A stretch of DNA of 64,000 bases, taken from contig CAYNQI010000001.1 in assembly GCA_964399335.1 (NCBI GenBank), forward strand, positions 14,707 to 78,706, written 5' to 3'. The position numbers and the translations under genes were made by a program. The notes beneath the pieces were generated by a model. That model was given only the letters and a program-made list of their open reading frames with translations, had not been told where the DNA came from and searched no databases. Source of the stretch: an uncultured Thermoplasmata archaeon (GTDB taxonomy: Archaea; Thermoplasmatota; Thermoplasmata; Halarchaeoplasmatales; Halarchaeoplasmataceae). This document shows, one piece after another, positions 39,942 through 49,063 of the stretch; position 1 is the first letter of the stretch; each line of letters starts with the position of its first letter.

Positions 39942-41351
39942 TCACCAATACCCTAATAATTTCCACCATGCTAACCCTACTGTGATAAAGGTCAATATCC
40001 CGAATATGTTCAGCAATAATCCTGCCTTCAAAAAGTCTTTAGCTTCAAGTTGACCCGTTCCATAAACCAGCATCGCACTGGGTGTACCTATGGGTAACAG
40101 GAAAGCAAAACCACTAGCTAGTGCAATAGTGAATACTGGAACTATAACAGGGAAGCCAAGAGGTACCATAGCTGAGATACCTATCGGAAGTATGACCGCC
40201 GTTACCGCTGCGTTACTCATGGCACTAGATAAAAACACGGTAAGGGTGGCGAATACAGCGATCATCAATAAGGGGTTGTTACCGATGCCAGAGATAATTC
40301 CAGATGAGATACGATCTAAAAGACCGGTATGAGGTAATATCAATGAAAGGGTTACTGCTCCTACATACAGAAACAAAGTACCCCATGGCATCCTCGATTC
40401 CACATCCTCCCATGTAACGATCTTAGTGGCTCCGATAGCGAATGCCAATATCACGGCTACAACACCCATCCCTATTATCTGACCTACAGTAGCCCATGCT
40501 ATAAAACCTGCAAAAAGGAAGCCGGCAGCCATACCTTCACCCATCTTTAGGTCTCCCATTTTCTTCAATTCATCTTTGATGTTACTTCTAATGTTTTCCA
40601 TATCTACATCTTCTAGATCGTATAACCAGTTTAAAACCAAATAAACCACAACGATCATGACCAAAGAAACTGGGATAGAGGCAACGAACCATTCTACAAA
40701 AGATATCGATTCTCCAGTATATTCTGTATATATTTCCACTGCTAATATGTTCCTAGCACCACCTAAAAAAGTAGCGATACTTCCCACTGATGTCCCGTAG
40801 GATAATGCTAATAGCGTAGCTTTGGCAAAATTTGACTCCATGATGTCTTTCCTATTAGTGTAGGCATATATCCCCAATAATATAGGAATGAAAATAGCGG
40901 CTATACCATGGGAAGGCATTAGCATGGAGAGTAATGCCCCTACTGCAACTATACCTAAAAGAAATCTTTTGGTAGATTTTCCAAAGAATTTTAGGAATGT
41001 AAGGGCAACACGTTTATGCAGATCCTGGGCTTCGAAGGCTATGGCTAAAACGAAGGCCCCCATAAGGAAGAAAAGTGTACCGGAATGAAATCCATAAAAG
41101 GCCTCTTCAGGAGGGATAAGACCTAGGATTACAGAAACAAATATTATCAAGAATGTAGAAAAGATGAAGGAAACCGGGGTGAGGAGCCACATATAAACTG
41201 CAAGGAAAACGATGGCGGCACCATAGTACAATTTTGGATCGGCAGCATATAGAGTAGAAAGTAATACAATGAATGTAAATACGGCTAAGCCGAGAATTGT
41301 CTGGAACTTGTCGTTCCTCAGTATATCCATTATATTACTTCGCTCCACCAT
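39942..41351 (-). CDS. ArsB/NhaD-superfamily anion permease (SLC13/DASS/CitMHS-like)
   Basis: About 470 aa with ~12 transmembrane helices in an inverted-repeat topology. Confidence 0.65.
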   Translation of the reverse strand: MVERSNIMDILRNDKFQTILGLAVFTFIVLLSTLYAADPKLYYGAAIVFLAVYMWLLTPVSFIFSTFLIIFVSVILGLIPPEEAFYGFHSGTLFFLMGAFVLAIAFEAQDLHKRVALTFLKFFGKSTKRFLLGIVAVGALLSMLMPSHGIAAIFIPILLGIYAYTNRKDIMESNFAKATLLALSYGTSVGSIATFLGGARNILAVEIYTEYTGESISFVEWFVASIPVSLVMIVVVYLVLNWLYDLEDVDMENIRSNIKDELKKMGDLKMGEGMAAGFLFAGFIAWATVGQIIGMGVVAVILAFAIGATKIVTWEDVESRMPWGTLFLYVGAVTLSLILPHTGLLDRISSGIISGIGNNPLLMIAVFATLTVFLSSAMSNAAVTAVILPIGISAMVPLGFPVIVPVFTIALASGFAFLLPIGTPSAMLVYGTGQLEAKDFLKAGLLLNIFGILTFITVGLAWWKLLGYW

Positions 41352-41430
41352 AGCGTTGAGATATACACCTATGGGTATAAATTTATTTTCCAGTAATTTT
41401 TAGTGGTTTGAGATGTTTTAATTTCTCAAA

Positions 41431-42084
41431 TCATTCGACCATCAATATAGAATGGTCCTTTTGCCATTTTGATATATCTACCGTATCAACCATCTGATAC
41501 CCTTTATCAATAACCTGTTTTACCAGATCATCGATGACTTTTTTTGATGGTTTAGAAACATCTATGCTCTTAGCTTTGATAGCTATCATCCCATAACCTC
41601 TGTTTTTTTTAAAGGTAAGGTTTTTCAAAAATATATCCAATTGATTACGCTGGGCGATATCTTGGTAAACAAAATCAACCCGCCCCACTAGATCTCTGTA
41701 GTTTTCTGGACGATTAGCATCCGCCATCATCGGGAAGATATTCTTCCTTTTTTTAGACAACTTCAAAAGGTTGCGATACGGTTTTCTAGCTTTTTCCACA
41801 GCGAAGATCCTGCCATCTGTTAATATATCGGAAAGATGTGATACAGTTGTGCCATCCCCGGCACCAAGATAGAGGATATCGGCATCTGGACCGAATGGTA
41901 AACCGCCTTCTTTGACCAAAAAAGCTCCCAACTTACTTCGATGTGGGTCCCAATTTCTGTATTCAAAATTGTCTACTTCTACTAGATCTTCTCCGTAAAC
42001 AGATTCTCCAGGAACTAGGTTCATTGTATAATATCGACCTTCGATACGGTAAACACCGTCTGAAACAGGTATCGGTTCTTTCAT
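41431..42084 (-). CDS. flpA: Fibrillarin-like rRNA/tRNA 2'-O-methyltransferase
   Basis: 'YRNWDPHRSKLGAFL' and 'ILYLGAGDGTTVSHLSDI' are canonical fibrillarin motifs. Confidence 0.9.
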   Translation of the reverse strand: MKEPIPVSDGVYRIEGRYYTMNLVPGESVYGEDLVEVDNFEYRNWDPHRSKLGAFLVKEGGLPFGPDADILYLGAGDGTTVSHLSDILTDGRIFAVEKARKPYRNLLKLSKKRKNIFPMMADANRPENYRDLVGRVDFVYQDIAQRNQLDIFLKNLTFKKNRGYGMIAIKAKSIDVSKPSKKVIDDLVKQVIDKGYQMVDTVDISKWQKDHSILMVE

Positions 42085-43175
42085 CTCATTTCATCCAAAA
42101 CTTCGGGGAACTTCTCAGCAAATTTGCGAGCTCCCTCTTCAGGAACCGTGAAAGATATCCTTACGAATTTATCTCCAGCGATATTCGATAGATAGTTACC
42201 TCCACGAACGAATATATCGTGTTCGTAAAGGAGTTTTTCCTGGATCTTCTGTGGATCTAACCCGGTTTCTTCAATATCTATCACGAACATGTTGGTGTTA
42301 GATGGATAAACAGGTAGGAAAACATCGGGTATATCTTCTACTGCTTCCTTGATGATAGATTGGTTCTTTCTTGACTGTTCCAACATCCCTGGAAGCCATT
42401 CCTTTTTGGTTTCCAAGGCCTTTTTCGCCCCGACCTGTGCGATAACATTCGCAGATAGAACGTTGGTTCTGTACTTGTGAAGTATATCAGAGTATTCCTT
42501 TGGCATGATAAGTCCGCCCAATCTCATGCCTGCAAAACCCAAATTCTTTGAGAAGGAGTAAACGAACATCGTACGTTCTGGAACGAATTCAGAAGCTAGG
42601 GTGTGTTCGTACGCAAAATCCCTGTAAGTAATATCATCTATAACTAGAAGATCGTTATCCTCAGCGATCTCACAGATCCCTTTCACATCTTTTTTAGTGT
42701 ATGATGAGCCTAAGGGATTTAGTGGATCGATAAGAAGTATCATCTTGGTATCCTTATCTACTTCTTCATTCACCTCTTCGACTGTCATCCTGTAAGGATC
42801 CTTATACACATCGATCTCCTTCGGAACAGCTCCACTCAATTTTATCTGATGATGTATAGGCATGAAACTCGGGTCCGACGCTATGACATTGTCACCTTCT
42901 TTTAGTAGAGCACGAGTAAGGGTGTATGTTCCTTCGATGGCTCCATTGGTGATGATGGCATCAAATCCATCCTTCAAACCTAGATCTACAAGTAACCTTT
43001 CTTTCAATCCAAGTACACCATCTCTATGAGGGTAAAGGTTGAATTTCTTATTTTCTAAGGCATCTTTCATCGCTTCTAATATCTCTGGGGATGTTTCTAT
43101 TTGGTTAGTGTTCTGACTCATCCAGACGATCTTGTCCTCCCTTTCATGGGCGTAAACGAACGGGTCTTTTTCCAT
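42081..43175 (-). CDS. PLP-dependent aminotransferase, class I/II
   Basis: PLP-binding lysine context 'SFSKNLGFAGMRLGG'. Confidence 0.8.
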   Translation of the reverse strand: MEKDPFVYAHEREDKIVWMSQNTNQIETSPEILEAMKDALENKKFNLYPHRDGVLGLKERLLVDLGLKDGFDAIITNGAIEGTYTLTRALLKEGDNVIASDPSFMPIHHQIKLSGAVPKEIDVYKDPYRMTVEEVNEEVDKDTKMILLIDPLNPLGSSYTKKDVKGICEIAEDNDLLVIDDITYRDFAYEHTLASEFVPERTMFVYSFSKNLGFAGMRLGGLIMPKEYSDILHKYRTNVLSANVIAQVGAKKALETKKEWLPGMLEQSRKNQSIIKEAVEDIPDVFLPVYPSNTNMFVIDIEETGLDPQKIQEKLLYEHDIFVRGGNYLSNIAGDKFVRISFTVPEEGARKFAEKFPEVLDEMR

Positions 43176-43350
43176 TATACCACCGGATATGGTATGGCGA
43201 AGTGAGTATAAGTTTTTCGGGCAGAACTGAAAAAACTCTTAGAAAAATATTTATCGACCTTTTCTTTTAGGAGGGTGTAGGTGGCTCGTTGGTTTTATAT
43301 ACAACCTGCTTTTAAGAAGAGCACGTGAAGTGTAGTTTAACTTCAAACTA

Positions 43351-43449
43351 GCTCCCGTGGTGTAGTCCGGCCAATCATCTCGGCCTTTCGAGGCCGATCA
43401 AACCGGCCAAAGACAGCCGATTACTCGGGTTCGAATCCCGACGGGAGCA
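43351..43449 (+). tRNA. tRNA-Glu (anticodon TTC) with a 24-nt canonical bulge-helix-bulge intron (43391..43414)
   Basis: Acceptor GCTCCCG/CGGGAGC. D-loop AGTCCGGCCAA with A14, G18, G19 and A21. T-arm TCGGG-TTCGAAT-CCCGA. Anticodon stem TCGGC/GCCGA with mature loop CTTTCGA. The intron forms helix–3-nt bulge (CGA)–4-bp helix (CTTT/AAAG)–3-nt bulge (ACA)–helix (GGCCG/CGGCC). Discriminator is A. No encoded CCA. Confidence 0.75.
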
Positions 43450-43558
43450 TTTTTATGTTCTTTTAAAAATGTGTAAGGAGGAGTGAGAACCTTTAGGTTC
43501 GCGAACAAAATTATGAAGTAATTTTGTGAGCTGTGAGAATTCTGTAGGAATTCTGACT

Positions 43559-43572
43559 AGAATCCCGACGGG
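43559..43572 (+). repeat. Direct repeat of the tRNA-Glu 3' end (GAATCCCGACGGGA), 126 bp downstream of the gene
   Basis: A 14/14 nt identity with tRNA positions 43433..43446. The rest of the tRNA is not duplicated. Confidence 0.5.
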
Positions 43573-43936
43573 AACACTACAAAAACTTATGGGCTTAAAA
43601 TACCCTTTCTTCAAAATTTTTCGTGTATCAAATCTTATCCTGAGTTATGTTAACTTTACTCCTTCTGAGACTCGATCTTCCGAAGTAACAGAATTATGAT
43701 CCCGACCAGTAGGACGATCACGATCAAAAGACCAACAGAAAATGCATTTGATGTGGGTCCTACAGGGCATGTCTGGAGATTGATGTTTTCTAACATGTTT
43801 ATACCTTATACTATCAATATATAACACAGTGATACTAATACTTTTGGAACTGATTCTAAAACAAAATTTCCTCATTGGTTTTAAATATCATTTTTCTTAG
43901 TGAAAGTTTTAAAAATGTTGATTTTAATCTCGTTCC

Positions 43937-45106
43937 ATGACCAACGTAGAATTTGGAATATGTGGAGATTTGGACCCTCATAAAACACCTAATGAGTTGA
44001 ATCCACTGCCCACTTTAAAAAAAGACGATGTCGGAAAAATGCTGCTCAAGTTGAATAGAAAACCCATGGAGAAAAGTCAGTTAATGGAAGAGTATGATAA
44101 CCTTAAAGGTGATATAGATAAGTTGCTAAAACTAGGGGCATTGAGGGAAGACGATAAGGTTTATGTTAATTTCACTCTTTTAGATGCTGAAGATTCGCGT
44201 TTTATCTTCGAGGAATGCGAACCTTTTGCCAAAGACCTTTCCGAATTTATTCTAGAACGGGAAGATGATATTTTTGCAGTACTAACTCAGTACAAGAATC
44301 CACATGTACCTAAAGAAAAGTTAGCATTTTTCATAATAGGTTGTTATCTACTTGACTGGGGGTCCTTAGAATTGTTCCGGATGTGGGATGTTGCTGATAA
44401 CAAAAAACCACAACCTGGAGGAAATGAATACACTTTATGGGGAGAAGAAGAGGTCGACCAGATGTTGAAAAGGATCTACTGGGGTGGACACGCTCTTAAA
44501 ACTGGAGACTACATGTTTCACACTTTTGGCGATCATCACGATTATGCTCAAAGATATGCTCTACCCGACCTTTTGCATGTTTTTCCAGATTTCGATTTTC
44601 AAGGTGGAGAGGAGTATGAAAGAGTACTGTTTGATAAACGCAAAGAAATGGCTATAGAATTAGGAGAGATTTTGGATACTTTATACCAAAATGAAAATTT
44701 GAATCACGATAAAGGTAACCTTGTGGATTTTCTTAAGAAGATAGATTATATAGAAGATCAAGATGGACTCAAAGTGAACATACCATATTTCACAGAAGAA
44801 GAAGTTCCAATCATCGTGGAAGCTATCAAACCGATAATACCAGAGCTTAGGAAATGGGTTGATACTGAAATGCCTATTTTAAAGAAGAAACTTAAACCGA
44901 TCAGACCACTTCAAAACGGAGTCTCTTTTGAGGAGGTTTTCATCCAAGTGTGGCACGTGGTCTTCGGACTTACCAACAAGCAACTAACAGAAGCTGGTAT
45001 GTTCTACGATACCTACCAAGGTGGAATGGGATATTTGCAGGCTCTTTTTAAGGGCGATGTTTCAAAAATGGTTTTGAACGATTTATTGGATATCGGCATA
45101 GTTTAA
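43937..45106 (+). CDS. Hypothetical protein (389 aa), acidic
   Basis: Long ORF. The N-terminal ~90 aa may form a winged-helix-like segment. Confidence 0.5.
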   Translation: MTNVEFGICGDLDPHKTPNELNPLPTLKKDDVGKMLLKLNRKPMEKSQLMEEYDNLKGDIDKLLKLGALREDDKVYVNFTLLDAEDSRFIFEECEPFAKDLSEFILEREDDIFAVLTQYKNPHVPKEKLAFFIIGCYLLDWGSLELFRMWDVADNKKPQPGGNEYTLWGEEEVDQMLKRIYWGGHALKTGDYMFHTFGDHHDYAQRYALPDLLHVFPDFDFQGGEEYERVLFDKRKEMAIELGEILDTLYQNENLNHDKGNLVDFLKKIDYIEDQDGLKVNIPYFTEEEVPIIVEAIKPIIPELRKWVDTEMPILKKKLKPIRPLQNGVSFEEVFIQVWHVVFGLTNKQLTEAGMFYDTYQGGMGYLQALFKGDVSKMVLNDLLDIGIV

Positions 45107-45165
45107 CTTTTTGCATTCCGGACAAACAGCCCTTATAAATTTATACCACCTATCTATTACACCAC

Positions 45166-45723
45166 ATGGTTCTAATGCTTGAAAGAGAAGACGTCAAAAA
45201 AGTGAAAGACCTCTTGCTCGAGGGAGAAGAGACATCTGATATAGCAAAAAAATTAGACTGTGATTTTGAAGAGATACAGGATGTAATTGGATTGGAGACA
45301 GTGATTGCTGATGAGATATCCCAAGAAAAGCAGTCCAAAGCTTTCAAAGGATTTTCAGAAGGTAAAAAACCCGTAGATTTGGTGGAAGAAAAACTCCTTA
45401 ACATCGATGAAGCCGGCCTCCTCTACAAAAAATATGAAGAACTATCTAAACTCGGAGAAACTAAAGATGATGATAAAAAATCACTTGAAAAATTATCAAC
45501 ACAGATCGGGTTGTTGGGCAGTAGACTATCGAGAATTGAACTTAAGGTTATGAATTCTAAACTTCTGCCCGAAACCCAGAAATGCAGTAAATGCCGCTCA
45601 GAATCATCGTACAGTGTTGGCGTTGTCTGTTCTAATTGTAACGAAATCGATATGCTCCAGGATGAGAAGAAACCTGCAGATATTGTTGAAGGTATTCAGA
45701 ATCTTATCCAGAATAAAAAATAA
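45166..45723 (+). CDS. Hypothetical HTH/coiled-coil/C-terminal zinc-ribbon protein
   Basis: N-terminal 'EETSDIAKKLDCDFEEIQDVIG' is helix-turn-helix-like. C-terminus carries 'CSKCRS…CSNCN'. Confidence 0.45.
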   Translation: MVLMLEREDVKKVKDLLLEGEETSDIAKKLDCDFEEIQDVIGLETVIADEISQEKQSKAFKGFSEGKKPVDLVEEKLLNIDEAGLLYKKYEELSKLGETKDDDKKSLEKLSTQIGLLGSRLSRIELKVMNSKLLPETQKCSKCRSESSYSVGVVCSNCNEIDMLQDEKKPADIVEGIQNLIQNKK

Positions 45724-45727
45724 GATA

Positions 45728-45988
45728 TTATTCTTCTTCGTTCTCTAAAATAGTTTTTACCATACGTTTACCTTGATCTAAACGATCCAACCACATATTT
45801 TCACGTACTGGTTTCCAACGATTATTTTCAAAAACTGCGTTCAAACCTGCCTTCATAGCGTCAGTTCCTTTCTGACGAATAAACTCTATTCTTTCTTTTT
45901 CAGACATCTCTTCAGCGATCTCCATCTTCTCGTCAAAGTCGAAATCGTTAAATGTTGATTGCTGGACTCTTTCGGGCATAGTTATCAC
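45728..45988 (-). CDS. Hypothetical small protein (86 aa)
   Basis: ORF only. Confidence 0.3.
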   Translation of the reverse strand: MITMPERVQQSTFNDFDFDEKMEIAEEMSEKERIEFIRQKGTDAMKAGLNAVFENNRWKPVRENMWLDRLDQGKRMVKTILENEEE

Positions 45989-46039
45989 ATTTATAATTTG
46001 AAAGCTTATACAGGAACTAAATTATTTATTTTACGCTTC

Positions 46040-47890
46040 TCAAGTTCGATCGATACTACCATCCAATACTTTCATTTCCCGTTCAAGGATGCTGATCTCT
46101 CTATCTTTCAAAGCAGATGGGCTAACAGTTATCAAAAATACAGTGTCCGTTTCAGAAACCATATCGATCATATGCCTTAAAAACTGCATAGTAGCATCAA
46201 ATCCAGTATGGCTGACCAAGTATTCAATCCCGTCGAGCAAGATGACCTTTCCTTCTTCGATAATCTCTTCAAATCTATATGTTATGCTTTCCAGGTTTGG
46301 ACGAACTGTCTTTATGTTTTCACTCTCTCTATTAGATAGCCAAAATATTTCTGCATCATCTAAATAATATTCCTTTGCGATCATATTTGGATTTATTCTT
46401 GAAATAATGTATACTTTACCCCCTTCCTGAAGTATATTTTCTAATATACTGAATCCTTTATCTGGACGTTCTTCCTCGATGATATAGCTGACACCGGGTT
46501 GTAGCTCTTGGGAATTAAAATTGGAAGATGAAGCCATTTCTTCCTCAAAATGGTGCCTAAGACTATCTTTTACAGCATCTAAGGTGATCTCTTGATTTAA
46601 CAAACTTGAAAAAGCCAGTATTCGGTTGATAGCGCCTTCAATCTCCCTTACATTCTTTGTGATGTGGGTCGCTAAAAATTCTTTTATCTCGTCAGATACA
46701 TCCAATCCCTGCTGTTTAAGCTTTTCTTCGATAATTTTCAGCCTTGTTTCATAAGAGGGGGGTTCTATCCTAATAACCAGTCCCGATTTAAAACGAGATA
46801 CCAATCTTTCCTTTAGATCAGGTATATCTTCGGGAGGCCTATCTGAAGTAAGTATGATTTGACAGTCCTCATTATTAAGATGATTGAAAAGATAGAAAAT
46901 TATCTCCTGGTGTTTTTCTCTATCGGCTAGAAATTGTATATCGTCTAAAAGAAGTATATCCGCACCATAATATTTACCTCTTAATTCTTCAGATTTTTCG
47001 TCTCTTAAACTCGTTATAATCTCTGAAGTACAATTTTCGGTGGTAGAATAAACGATGTTTAATTCGGGACGATTTTCTTTTACATAATGTCCAATTGCCT
47101 TAAGGAGGTGAGTCTTTCCCAAACCAGACTCACTCGTTAGAACTAGCGGACTGAATTTTCTTCCACCTGATCGAACGATTTCCTTTGATGCAGCAAATGC
47201 CAATTTATTATTCTCCCCAACCACATAGTTTTCAAAGGTATACTTTCTAGGAAAATCAGATCCATTTACCTTCTTACCTGTCCTATCTTTGATGATCATA
47301 TCGTAAACTTCTAATTCCTTATCATCCCTATGCTTCTTATGGATATCTTCGGTGATCTGCTTAGATTCTTCTGATATATTTACATTTTCACTTTCTTCAG
47401 AAATTTCCTCCTGGATACTTTTGGTTTCTGTATCTATTTGATCGAACAGTTCCTGCTTCTCTTCAGATTTTTCCTTTTGCTCTTTCTCAATACCTTCATC
47501 CTCAATTTCAAGTATCTCTTCGATACTTTCTTTTTTATCAGGTTTAGATGGTAAATCGTCCTCCTTTACCCTTCCCCCGACTTTTTTGATCAAATCATCT
47601 ATATTGACATTGGTATGTACTTCTAAATATATCTCATCCATATCATCTATACCCATGATCTTTAAAAATGCCTCATTTCCTTTGATCTCCATATTAGAAG
47701 GAGTGTAAAGGAGTGCATTCATTGGAGATCCATCCTTAAGTGTGATATAGCCTTCAAGCTCATCATTTAGGGTTATCCTGATATAACCCTGAAAAGAATA
47801 TTTTTTTAGTTTTTCGAGGGTTTTTGAAAGTTCCCCAGGGCCCTTTTTATCTTGTATTTTCAGTCCTTCGGGAAATTTTTTCCTTGGCAA
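46040..47890 (-). CDS. DnaA-type AAA+ ATPase domain fused to C-terminal DUF835, with N-terminal unknown α/β domain and acidic linker
   Basis: Residues ~205–430 carry 'YTFENYVVGENNKLAFAA', 'SGLGKTHLL', 'ILLLDDIQFL', 'IILTSDRPP', 'SRFKSGLVIRIEPP' and 'NVREIEGAINRI'. These are the sensor and box motifs of DnaA domain III. No DnaA domain IV is present. The C-terminal 190 aa match the DUF835 pattern (YLDDAEIFWLS…ILLDGIEYLV…FLITVSP). Confidence 0.8.
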   Translation of the reverse strand: MPRKKFPEGLKIQDKKGPGELSKTLEKLKKYSFQGYIRITLNDELEGYITLKDGSPMNALLYTPSNMEIKGNEAFLKIMGIDDMDEIYLEVHTNVNIDDLIKKVGGRVKEDDLPSKPDKKESIEEILEIEDEGIEKEQKEKSEEKQELFDQIDTETKSIQEEISEESENVNISEESKQITEDIHKKHRDDKELEVYDMIIKDRTGKKVNGSDFPRKYTFENYVVGENNKLAFAASKEIVRSGGRKFSPLVLTSESGLGKTHLLKAIGHYVKENRPELNIVYSTTENCTSEIITSLRDEKSEELRGKYYGADILLLDDIQFLADREKHQEIIFYLFNHLNNEDCQIILTSDRPPEDIPDLKERLVSRFKSGLVIRIEPPSYETRLKIIEEKLKQQGLDVSDEIKEFLATHITKNVREIEGAINRILAFSSLLNQEITLDAVKDSLRHHFEEEMASSSNFNSQELQPGVSYIIEEERPDKGFSILENILQEGGKVYIISRINPNMIAKEYYLDDAEIFWLSNRESENIKTVRPNLESITYRFEEIIEEGKVILLDGIEYLVSHTGFDATMQFLRHMIDMVSETDTVFLITVSPSALKDREISILEREMKVLDGSIDRT

Positions 47891-48003
47891 TGTAAATGGT
47901 TAATCGTAACTCGATATTAAATTGTTTCCTGTTTAATCTAAAAACTATTTGTGTCTAAATAGCAGTTGTCACAATAATTTATGACATATGATTAAATTAT
48001 TAA

Positions 48004-48978
48004 TTACAATCCGAGATATAAGTATACTAGATATAGAAAATAAGCTATAGTCATGATCAACCCTTCTACTCTCCCGATTTTTTTACCTGTATAGATGAAT
48101 AGTGTCAGAACTAGGCTAACAGATATCATTATCATCATATTAGGGATTATCTCCGAAGTGAAAGTTATGGGTGCAAAAATTGCACATACCCCAAGGACCA
48201 TTAGGATATTGAAAGTGTTGGAACCGATCACATTACCGATAGATATATCAGATTCCTCTTTATGAGCTGCCATTGAAGAGGCGGCTAACTCCGGAAGGGA
48301 TGTAGCTATAGCTATGATCGTAAGACCTACTAAACCCTCAGAAAGTTGAAATTCATGAATATAAAAAACCGCTGATCGGATCATTAGTTCTGCACCAAGT
48401 GCTATGCCTATCAACCCGATTATCAGTTTTAGTAAATTGATTTTTAGTTGCTTAGACTTTACTTGTTCGTATTTTTCAGTTACAAATTTTTTCTCAACTA
48501 CCTTTTCTTCACCCTCGAAAATAGCTATCCATACAAAAAATACCATATATGCTGCTAAACCAATGAGAAGTATTATCCCTCGAAATCTATCGATAGACAT
48601 CCCAATCGAAACAATAAGCAGTAAAGACATCGCACCGAACATTATCGGGATCTCTCTTTTTATCACCCCACTATCCACCTCGATGGGGTTTACCAAAGAA
48701 CTGATACCTAGTACTAAAAGCACGTTAGCGATGTTAGACCCGATAACGTTACCGATGGGTATGCCGGTCCGTCCTTTGAATACTGCATTCAAGCTTGATG
48801 CGAGTTCTGGTAGTGACGTACCAAACGAAACTAGAGTCAATCCTATGACGATAGTAGGAACTCCTAGATAAGCTGCAGTTTTACCTCCTCCATCTACGAG
48901 ATAATCAGCACCTTTGATAAGTATGACAACTCCAACGGCTAAAATAGCCGTCCACCCTATAAGTTCCACTGCCATCAC
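48004..48978 (-). CDS. Ca2+/cation antiporter (CaCA family, YrbG/NCX-like)
   Basis: Two alpha-repeats 'GNVIGSNIANVLLVLG' and 'GNVIGSNTFNILMVLG'. Confidence 0.85.
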   Translation of the reverse strand: MMAVELIGWTAILAVGVVILIKGADYLVDGGGKTAAYLGVPTIVIGLTLVSFGTSLPELASSLNAVFKGRTGIPIGNVIGSNIANVLLVLGISSLVNPIEVDSGVIKREIPIMFGAMSLLLIVSIGMSIDRFRGIILLIGLAAYMVFFVWIAIFEGEEKVVEKKFVTEKYEQVKSKQLKINLLKLIIGLIGIALGAELMIRSAVFYIHEFQLSEGLVGLTIIAIATSLPELAASSMAAHKEESDISIGNVIGSNTFNILMVLGVCAIFAPITFTSEIIPNMMIMISVSLVLTLFIYTGKKIGRVEGLIMTIAYFLYLVYLYLGL

Positions 48979-49063
48979 ATAGATATATATATACCTTTAT
49001 AAATAATTGACCTACGAGATTATTAAAAAATTATTAGTAAGTGGATAGTTTATTCGTTGTTTA

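Noticed and set aside
43380-43420. Alternative fold of the tRNA as tRNA-Leu(CAA) using hairpin 43392..43408 as the anticodon arm, with a non-canonical intron near position 26/27
   Set aside because: The three overlapping GGCCG/CGGCC hairpins are better explained as one canonical bulge-helix-bulge motif. That reading yields a normal 7-nt loop (CTTTCGA) with an intron at 37/38. The D-loop sequence also matches archaeal tRNA-Glu.
43645-43875. 76-aa minus-strand ORF (and an alternative 46-aa frame with a C-terminal transmembrane helix)
   Set aside because: It sits in the AT-rich spacer next to the tRNA and has no recognisable features. It is probably a chance ORF.
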